From a virus (Duplodnaviria; Caudoviricetes), in the IMG/VR virus record IMGVR_UViG_3300028897_000455, positions 1 to 42,432 of that record: 42,432 bases of DNA. One strand, written 5' to 3'. The notes under the pieces were generated by a model that made no database searches, was not told where the DNA came from, and was given only the letters and a program-made list of their open reading frames with translations. Position 1 is the stretch's first letter, and every line of letters starts with the position of its first letter. Below, piece by piece: positions 1 through 5,846 of this stretch. The position numbers and the translations under genes are program-made.

Positions 1-136
<136 letters not shown>

Positions 137-227
137 TTTTAATTCCCCCCTCATGCTTCATCGTTGGGTTCATCCCTCCTGTAAAGACAAAGGATTTTCG
201 AAGGTTTGTCTTTTATTTTGAATATTT

Positions 228-392
228 CTAATATTTTATTAGTGACAATACAAGATTATTTCCCATTGTTCTTTCTTTGAATAAAGAACGATGAATTTTC
301 GATAATTCAATTTCAACATCCCAAAGATTCTTATCAAAATCTTCATCTAATAAGTTAGCTAATCTTCTCAATTCGTCTGCGTATGTAGGCAT
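228..392 (-). CDS. Hypothetical protein, 54 aa (MPTYADELRRLANLLDEDF...)
   Basis: Translated by hand, below the ORF-track cutoff. GGAGGGGTGAT SD directly upstream. Confidence 0.65.
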   Translation of the reverse strand: MPTYADELRRLANLLDEDFDKNLWDVEIELSKIHRSLFKERTMGNNLVLSLIKY

Positions 393-393
393 A

Positions 394-522
394 TCACCCC
401 TCCTTGATTTGCTTTGTGAGTTTGGAATTATCTTCTATTTGAATCATCCATTGGATAAGATTACTTGCCAATCTTGAATTTTTTAATTTAATATCAACTA
501 TTCTCTTTGAAATTGGGGCCAT
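394..522 (-). CDS. Hypothetical protein, 42 aa (MAPISKRIVDIKLKNS...)
   Basis: Translated by hand and tightly packed against the next gene. No clear SD, and the ATG lies inside a predicted stem. Confidence 0.4.
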   Translation of the reverse strand: MAPISKRIVDIKLKNSRLASNLIQWMIQIEDNSKLTKQIKEG

Positions 523-604
523 GCAATCAGGTCGCTCACTTTATCCAGTCGGAAACAATGCCCTCATTGTGCATGGCTTTAAAATCTAAAGTAAGCTATT
601 GATT

Positions 605-1021
605 TTATGATAGTTTTCGTGTCCTCGCTATATCCCCCCACTTGGACTTTTTATATACAAGATTCACCGCCTTATTACGCACTCTTGCTACAAGGGTATT
701 AACTGAACCAATTGATATTTTTAATTTATGGGCAATTTCGCTTTGATTGTAGCCTTTTTGTAACAATTTTATCACATCTTTTTCTCTTTGTGTAGAAGTT
801 TTAAGTATCTCTTTGACTAATGAAGCATTAATAATATCCCTCTTTTGGTCATCATAATCTCTTTGTTTAAATAAAGACTTCTTTGCTCTATCTGGATTAG
901 CTTCTATAGGCTCCCATAACTCAATACCACCTTCCCCATGGTTACTGTCTTGTCTTTGGTGATTATAAATCCACTCCCAGTAGGCACTATTTTCGCTTTG
1001 TCCTTTAAACCATCTCTTCAT
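605..1021 (-). CDS. LuxR/sigma-70 region 4-type HTH DNA-binding protein
   Basis: C-terminal STQREKDVIKLLQKGYNQSEIAHKLKISIGSVNTLVARVRNK matches the LuxR/GerE HTH pattern. Confidence 0.75.
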   Translation of the reverse strand: MKRWFKGQSENSAYWEWIYNHQRQDSNHGEGGIELWEPIEANPDRAKKSLFKQRDYDDQKRDIINASLVKEILKTSTQREKDVIKLLQKGYNQSEIAHKLKISIGSVNTLVARVRNKAVNLVYKKSKWGDIARTRKLS

Positions 1022-1305
1022 TTAAGCCTCCCCAATCTCTTTAGTTCATTTAATACTTTTCTTTCAACAGCATATATAAATCTATGTTCTTTGATATTAT
1101 TTACTTTTATTCCATTTGCTCTTAATATTGTTACCCAAGCATGTAACATTTCATGTAATAAAGTGGAAGCATATTCAGCTAATAGTTTATTACGCTTTAT
1201 ACTTATTGTTATTAGCATTTTCCCTTTATTTTTGATCATAAAATTGCCCCAAGCTTTATTTTTACAATCTTTGACATTTTTAATTTCAATTATCATCATA
1301 TACAC
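1018..1305 (-). CDS. Small HExxH zinc metallopeptidase-like protein (SprT/ImmA-IrrE-like)
   Basis: WG beta-motif, TLLHEMLHAW and a downstream EH. ATGA overlap with the HTH gene. Confidence 0.6.
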   Translation of the reverse strand: MYMMIIEIKNVKDCKNKAWGNFMIKNKGKMLITISIKRNKLLAEYASTLLHEMLHAWVTILRANGIKVNNIKEHRFIYAVERKVLNELKRLGRLK

Positions 1306-1486
1306 CTCTAGCTAATTTAGTATGTAAATTAATTAGTGAAGAAAGTCTATGGATTGTCTTTGAAAATTTAGTTGTATCGGCATACGGATTAGTTTTCTTT
1401 ACTTGCTCCATAGCATTGTATACACTGTGAAATTTATTTATATATTCTTTGATTAATTCTTTAGGTGTTTGGTTTTTTAATCTCAT
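1286..1486 (-). CDS. Hypothetical protein, 66 aa
   Basis: ORF track. AAGGAG SD upstream. Confidence 0.65.
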   Translation of the reverse strand: MRLKNQTPKELIKEYINKFHSVYNAMEQVKKTNPYADTTKFSKTIHRLSSLINLHTKLARGVYDDN

Positions 1487-1634
1487 CTTTAATTCTCCTT
1501 CTTTGATTGAGTGTTAGATGACGTTTACATACTAAATAATCTCTCCCTCCAATAGTTCTTAACCACAACTTCTGAGTGTAGTAAGGATACTTACACAAGT
1601 TACATTTTAATTGGATTCCATCATTCTGATTCAT
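1461..1634 (-). CDS. Small zinc-finger-like protein, 57 aa (MNQNDGIQLKCNLCK...VCKRH...)
   Basis: Translated by hand. CxxC...CxxH motif and ATGA overlap with the stop of 1631..1816. Confidence 0.6.
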   Translation of the reverse strand: MNQNDGIQLKCNLCKYPYYTQKLWLRTIGGRDYLVCKRHLTLNQRRRIKDEIKKPNT

Positions 1635-1816
1635 TGTAGAGCTCCTTTTGTTATTAGTAATAATTCTTTTTTCATTTCTTTACTTAGATAATCGGACACA
1701 ATCTGTAAGGCATCAATTCTACGCTCACAGTTTTCTTTATACTTAGTTCCATCATACCAGTTGAAGATACTTACAGTGTAACCATTTATAGCTTCATCAA
1801 TTGTTATGGTTGTCAT
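1631..1816 (-). CDS. Hypothetical protein, 61 aa
   Basis: ORF track. AAGGAG SD, and an N-terminal ITIxxAxNGY motif common in small phage proteins. Confidence 0.7.
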   Translation of the reverse strand: MTTITIDEAINGYTVSIFNWYDGTKYKENCERRIDALQIVSDYLSKEMKKELLLITKGALQ

Positions 1817-1831
1817 TTTACTGTCTCCTTT

Positions 1832-1984
1832 TTAATTTTCTTCTTGTATATCATAATCTTGATCTAGGTCATCAAATTCATTCATCGAACAATATCGACA
1901 TCTACAATCCTCTTCGTGAGGCTCTGCCTGCCATTCTTTTTTTGCTTCCCATCTCCCCAATGCTCCCCAATTAAATTCTGTCAT
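1832..1984 (-). CDS. Small acidic protein, 50 aa (MTEFNWGALGRWE...HEEDCRCRYC...DDLDQDYDIQEEN)
   Basis: Translated by hand. Strong AGGAGG SD. Confidence 0.65.
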   Translation of the reverse strand: MTEFNWGALGRWEAKKEWQAEPHEEDCRCRYCSMNEFDDLDQDYDIQEEN

Positions 1985-2011
1985 ATATCCTCCTTTTTAT
2001 TTTACTCTTTT

Positions 2012-2302
2012 TTAATATAATTCTTTTACATATTGCAAAGAAAATAAACCACTTAATTCTTTGATAAGTTTACTTTTATTATATAGTTTAGCGAACATTA
2101 AACATTCCTCAAGAGCTAATCCCCACGCTAATTTTTTGATGACTTTACCTTCCAAATCTTTAATTACTATGTTATATTTAATACATCCTATTCTTATCGG
2201 AGAATAATATCTTGTTACTTCTTGATCGTCAATTTTTTTCTTGTTATCTATTCTTTGATTTATTTCAACAATTTTCTTTTTAAGTTCATTTACAAAGTCC
2301 AT
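2012..2302 (-). CDS. Hypothetical protein, 96 aa
   Basis: ORF track. GGAGG SD. Confidence 0.7.
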   Translation of the reverse strand: MDFVNELKKKIVEINQRIDNKKKIDDQEVTRYYSPIRIGCIKYNIVIKDLEGKVIKKLAWGLALEECLMFAKLYNKSKLIKELSGLFSLQYVKELY

Positions 2303-2444
2303 ATTTCCTCCAATATCTTCTCAAATCTTCTTTTGTCCAATACCAAGGAAGATTATAGTATTTTAGAAACCCTATAACATGATTTACAAAAGCTTCACAA
2401 TCTTTAAACCTTTTAACGGTTCTGAACAGTCTTTTATTTATCAT
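2286..2444 (-). CDS. Hypothetical protein, 52 aa (MINKRLFRTVKRFKDCE...)
   Basis: Translated by hand. GGAGG SD. Confidence 0.6.
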   Translation of the reverse strand: MINKRLFRTVKRFKDCEAFVNHVIGFLKYYNLPWYWTKEDLRRYWRKYGLCK

Positions 2445-2571
2445 TATAGCCTCCATATTTGACCAAGGTTAAATGATTCCCCCTATTTTGACCTATTATC
2501 TACCCTTTGGGAATTTTATGTAAATTTGCCCATCTATTGTATAGACTATTTGATCTTTTTTCTCTTTCATT

Positions 2572-2697
2572 TTATTTCTCTCCTTTTATTCTACAAATAT
2601 CTATATATCCCTCTCCCCGCTTAATTATGAATCCGAAACAATGCAAAGGGATGTGAATATTTGGGTTTTTTATATAGATTCTTTTCCAGAAGATCAC
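2572..2697 (-). CDS. Hypothetical protein, 41 aa (GTG start)
   Basis: Translated by hand. GAGGTG SD and tight packing. Confidence 0.45.
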   Translation of the reverse strand: MIFWKRIYIKNPNIHIPLHCFGFIIKRGEGYIDICRIKGEK

Positions 2698-2698
2698 T

Positions 2699-2956
2699 TT
2701 ATTTCACCTCATTTAACAGATTATCTAATATATCTTGATCAACTTCTCTAAGCCCGTTTCCACGCTCTTTTGAGTAACCCTTATCCCTTAGCCATTCATT
2801 TATGTGTTTTGAGGTAGTCTTGCTCCAGAATTTGTTTGTTTTTGCGTAGCCTACCCGAGCTTTATAGTAGGCAACTGGTGTTTTGTAACTGAATAATATA
2901 ATCTTATCTTTTATTTCTACTTCATTCATGTTTTGTCTTATTGGGTTTAATTTCAT
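2699..2956 (-). CDS. Conserved phage early-region protein (FSYxTPVA...SxTTSKHIN family)
   Basis: The motif LFSYKTPVAY...WSKTTSKHINEW is recognised from many phage hypothetical proteins. Function unknown. Confidence 0.75.
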   Translation of the reverse strand: MKLNPIRQNMNEVEIKDKIILFSYKTPVAYYKARVGYAKTNKFWSKTTSKHINEWLRDKGYSKERGNGLREVDQDILDNLLNEVK

Positions 2957-3129
2957 GTTATTATTCTTCTTTTATTAAGAAATCCTCTGATCACATATAA
3001 AGCCATTTCTCCAGCACTTTCTAAAAGTTTTTCAAATCTTTTAAAAGCTCTTGGATAGTTTAAAGCTAAATACGTCATTTCTGCTATTCCAAGTCCGTTC
3101 TTGTCATATGTTATTTTATTGTTTTTCAT
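2953..3129 (-). CDS. Hypothetical protein, 58 aa (MKNNKITYDKNGLGIAEM...)
   Basis: Translated by hand. GAGGT SD and ATGA overlap with the downstream gene. Confidence 0.6.
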   Translation of the reverse strand: MKNNKITYDKNGLGIAEMTYLALNYPRAFKRFEKLLESAGEMALYVIRGFLNKRRIIT

Positions 3130-3290
3130 TTAACTACCTCTATTGAATACCCTAAAGCTTTAATAGTGTATATATCGATACCGAAGGATAAACCACCAAT
3201 CAAAGCATTTTCAAGTTATTTATATAATTTTCCATATGACTTTGTTATTAATACGATTTGATTATTTAATTTTAATTTGTAAATTTTCAT
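3126..3290 (-). pseudogene. Small ORF interrupted by an in-frame TAA at 3216-3218
   Basis: AGGAGGT SD, 24 codons, TAA, then 29 more open codons ending in an ATGA overlap with the next gene. Confidence 0.4.
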
Positions 3291-3395
3291 TTTCTTACCT
3301 CCTTTTACTGCCTTTGCTCTATTAAGCGGATTTTCTTTATTAACCGAACAATCTTTTTTCATACTCCAAGTCTACCCGAAAGCTGTAACACCTTC

Positions 3396-3521
3396 TTAAT
3401 CATTAACTAGAATGTACAAAAGGTTTCCATTCCAGTAGGGGGTGGAAGTGTAAATGATCCCCAAATATTTCCAAGTATTGCGATCGTAAATCCGGTAAGC
3501 TTTTTTCTTTTTACGTTTCAT
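3396..3521 (-). CDS. First leftward ORF, 41 aa basic protein (MKRKKKKAYRIYDRNTWKYLG...)
   Basis: Translated by hand. GGAGGG SD, immediately downstream of the leftward promoter. Confidence 0.6.
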   Translation of the reverse strand: MKRKKKKAYRIYDRNTWKYLGIIYTSTPYWNGNLLYILVND

Positions 3522-3551
3522 GTTAATACCCTCCATTTTTTTCATGGTCTA

Positions 3552-3607
3552 AGTATACCCCTAATCCATGACACCTTAATGACAACTGAGTGAATTATTG
3601 ATGAAAA
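3552..3607 (-). promoter_or_regulatory. Leftward promoter with a Pho-box-like array (four heptamers at 11-bp period) and -10 TATACT
   Basis: The minus strand reads TTTTCAT-CAAT-AATTCAC-TCAG-TTGTCAT-TAAG-GTGTCAT-10 nt-TATACT. This fits the PhoB geometry CTGTCAT-N4-CTGTCAY-N10-(-10). Confidence 0.65.
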
Positions 3608-3621
3608 ATTAAATTGATATA

Positions 3622-3650
3622 TTGCACTTTATGTAAATAATCAATATAAT
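3622..3650 (+). promoter_or_regulatory. Rightward sigma70-type promoter
   Basis: TTGCAC-17 nt-TATAAT, facing the packaging/structural arm. Confidence 0.65.
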
Positions 3651-3780
3651 AAGTTTATTTTGCCATATAAGAAATAAGAAGTTTACTTTAACTTATTGAT
3701 TATCAACTAATATCTTAATATTTGTATATAATAACTATATTAAAGGGGAATATATGAGGGGATCTTTATTTAAATCGTTT

Positions 3781-3827
3781 TATAGATATAGATATAGATA
3801 TAGATATAGATATAGATATAGATATAG
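3781..3827. repeat. (TATAGA)7.8 perfect hexamer tandem repeat
   Basis: Seen directly, in the AT-rich divergent region. Confidence 0.95.
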
Positions 3828-3940
3828 TATCTTTATTCTAGAATCTAATTAATTGATAATCTATTATCAGTAACTTCTCTTAGAATAAAGAGAAATATAT
3901 ACTAGATTCTGTATACTGATTAATAATTAACTGTTAATAT

Positions 3941-4426
3941 ATGAAAGATAATCAACTAATAACATCAATTGATAATAAATTAACTAAAAGACAGTGGAAC
4001 TTCTTAAAGTTTATTGCTAATGGTTTAAAAGTAACAGAAGCTTATAAATTAGCAGGATTTAAAGGTAAAAATATTAACAGTGCCTATCTTCTGAATCATA
4101 GACTAAAAGATAAAATTAATGAGATATTGATTAATAGTGGATTTAATCGCAATAACTTTATGGTTGAATTGGGGAAATTAATTGATCTCCCCCTTAGAGA
4201 TGATCAGAAACAAGTTACAATAGATCAAAAGATTAAAATATTACGTTTATTCAAAGACAGTTTACCAGAACAAAATAATCAAGTATCATTCACCAAGTTC
4301 ACTATCATCAATGGAACAGTGCCTAATAAGCTAGAAGCTAATGACAAAGGCAATAGCGTTGTAATAGAGACTAAGAAGCTAGATGATGATGACAATGAGT
4401 CTAGTCCAATAGCGTCTTGTGTCTAG
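3941..4426 (+). CDS. terS: Terminase small subunit (probable)
   Basis: N-terminal KLTKRQWNF...G...TEAYKLAGF HTH typical of TerS. First large gene of the arm that contains TerL. Confidence 0.7.
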   Translation: MKDNQLITSIDNKLTKRQWNFLKFIANGLKVTEAYKLAGFKGKNINSAYLLNHRLKDKINEILINSGFNRNNFMVELGKLIDLPLRDDQKQVTIDQKIKILRLFKDSLPEQNNQVSFTKFTIINGTVPNKLEANDKGNSVVIETKKLDDDDNESSPIASCV

Positions 4427-4539
4427 ACTCTTAGACGGGTAGGGGTTGGACAGAGGGGTTGTCAAATGGACAGCATGGGCTATTAGACCTCAAACAGATT
4501 TTTAACCAAAAACTATAATAATCAATTATATTAATTAAT

Positions 4540-4743
4540 ATGCCAACTAATAAAATAACAATAAATCATTTCAATAAAAAATCTCATTTAATAGATAGAT
4601 ACATTGAAAGTGTAGCATCTTCCAACTATTTTTGTGATAGCTGTTTAAAATATGCAATAAGAAATTGTTCTAAAGAGTTACAAAGAAGGATTAAAAACCG
4701 AGCTAAAGACATAATTGCTTCATTATTAGACATAAACCAATAA
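4540..4743 (+). CDS. Hypothetical protein, 67 aa
   Basis: ORF track, same strand as the module. One CxxC, no SD. Confidence 0.5.
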   Translation: MPTNKITINHFNKKSHLIDRYIESVASSNYFCDSCLKYAIRNCSKELQRRIKNRAKDIIASLLDINQ

Positions 4744-4892
4744 AAATAGGGAATAATTGATTATCAAATAGTTTAATTTTATTTACTGGCCCTATGGAAA
4801 TAAACATAAAAACCTTAGTCGATTAAATCCTATAGAACGAAAAATGATAAGATTTAAATGATAGGTTATATTGATTCTTTTAATAAGTAAAT

Positions 4893-5093
4893 ATGAAATA
4901 TAATGCAGTTTTAAAGAGAGTTGAAGTAATAGAATTAAATGGTAAGTTTGTTGTAATAGACTCTCATGGGAAGATTCAGAGTCGATGGGCGGATAGGCAC
5001 CACGCCCTTGAACATAAAAATTTAATAAATAGTTTAATTGATGGAGCAAAACGTGGCGAACAAAAAAGATATAATAACAGATCTTTTAAGTAA
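4893..5093 (+). CDS. Hypothetical protein, 66 aa
   Basis: ORF track, plausible composition. Confidence 0.55.
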   Translation: MKYNAVLKRVEVIELNGKFVVIDSHGKIQSRWADRHHALEHKNLINSLIDGAKRGEQKRYNNRSFK

Positions 5094-5253
5094 ATCAAAG
5101 CCTGTAGAGTCTATGCCTGGGTACTATTGGAGTAAAGAAAAAAAGATGCTTTTTAAACCTGGGAAAGGACCACAAGAACCCACTCTTTTAAAAAATATAG
5201 ATTTAAATAAGAAAAAGATTTCTAAAGTCATTATGCGTAAAGGATTAAAATAA
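5038..5253 (+). CDS. Hypothetical basic protein (start may be GTG at 5053)
   Basis: ORF track. GGAG upstream of GTG 5053. Confidence 0.55.
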   Translation: MMEQNVANKKDIITDLLSKSKPVESMPGYYWSKEKKMLFKPGKGPQEPTLLKNIDLNKKKISKVIMRKGLK

Positions 5254-5254
5254 C

Positions 5255-5407
5255 ATGCCCTTACTAAGAGGAAGTAGCAGAAAGACAATTTCAGAGAATA
5301 TTCGTAGAGAGATGGAGGCAGGAAGGCCACGGCGTCAAGCTATAGCTATAGCTCTCTCCAAAGCTGGAAAATCTAAATATAAACGTCCTAAAAAGATGAG
5401 TAAATAA
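5255..5407 (+). CDS. Small basic phage protein, 50 aa ([40 protein letters not shown]...), DUF6496-like
   Basis: Translated by hand. Matches the widespread MPLxxGxSxKxISxNI...QAxAIALSxA phage motif. Confidence 0.8.
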   Translation: MPLLRGSSRKTISENIRREMEAGRPRRQAIAIALSKAGKSKYKRPKKMSK

Positions 5408-5408
5408 C

Positions 5409-5585
5409 ATGGCTAAATGGATTCAAAAAGCAATTAAGCATCCTGGAGCACTTCATCGAAGTCTCGGTGTTCCTAAAGGGGAAAAAATTCCACAAAATGT
5501 GTTAGCTAAAGCAACTAAATCAAAAAGTTTAGCTTTAAAAAGACGTGCTATTTTAGCAATGACTCTTAGCAAATTACACAAATAA
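5409..5585 (+). CDS. Small basic phage protein, 58 aa (MAKWIQKAIKHPGALHRSLGVPKGEKIP...RRAILAMTL)
   Basis: Translated by hand. Matches the widespread WIQxAIKxPGAL...KIP...RAxLAxTL phage motif. Confidence 0.8.
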   Translation: MAKWIQKAIKHPGALHRSLGVPKGEKIPQNVLAKATKSKSLALKRRAILAMTLSKLHK

Positions 5586-5590
5586 ATTTT

Positions 5591-5735
5591 TCCAAAGGGA
5601 CAAAGCTAGCCTCCCAATGGATTATGAGATCGGCTGCGTAGTCGACTGAGGTAAGGGTTTAGGATGGCGGGTAAATCTCCCCCACACGATGGATAGAATC
5701 CAAGAAACCTAGGAAGTAAAAAACCTCCCGCCCTA
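5591..5735 (+). ncRNA. Candidate structured RNA upstream of the tRNA
   Basis: GC-rich non-coding stretch with several stems: TCCA-GGGA/TCCC-TGGA, TCGGCT/AGTCGA, GGCGGG/CCCGCC, TGGAT/ATCCA. No family recognised. Confidence 0.35.
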
Positions 5736-5738
5736 TTT

Positions 5739-5813
5739 AGCGCCTTAGAGCATTGGTAGCTTGCTAGGCTCATAACCTAGAGGTAGTTGGTTCGATTCCA
5801 ACAGGCGCGACCA
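5739..5813 (+). tRNA. tRNA-Met (CAT), initiator-like
   Basis: Full cloverleaf: acceptor GCGCCT/AGGCGC with A1xG72 mismatch, D arm GAGC/GCTT, anticodon arm CTAGG-CTCATAA-CCTAG, T arm GTTGG-TTCGATT-CCAAC, encoded CCA. Confidence 0.93.
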
Positions 5814-5846
5814 TTTAACGCTATTACATAAAGGTAATTAGGCATA

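Noticed and set aside
518-577. Hammerhead ribozyme
   Set aside because: GAAAC plus a stem is present on the plus strand, but CUGANGA is missing and the cleavage-site base would be G.
1810-1827. Second Pho-box-like sequence TTGTCAT-TTTA-CTGTCTC
   Set aside because: It is the reverse complement of the SD and start codon of ORF 1631..1816 and points antisense, so it is explained by translation signals.
3126-4860. Stop-codon reassignment suggested by in-frame stops in small ORFs (TAA at 3216-3218, TAG near 4769)
   Set aside because: All large conserved genes are intact in the standard bacterial code, TAA, TAG and TGA each end well-supported genes, and no suppressor tRNA is present.
5591-5735. 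HDV-like (theta) or hammerhead ribozyme beside the tRNA
   Set aside because: I could not build the HDV P1/P3/P1.1 nesting and there is no CUGANGA...GAAA core. The element is also 5' of the tRNA rather than at its 3' trailer.
5739-5813. tRNA as a prophage attachment site
   Set aside because: No integrase, no duplicated tRNA 3' end and no flanking host genes. The tRNA is internal to the packaging module.
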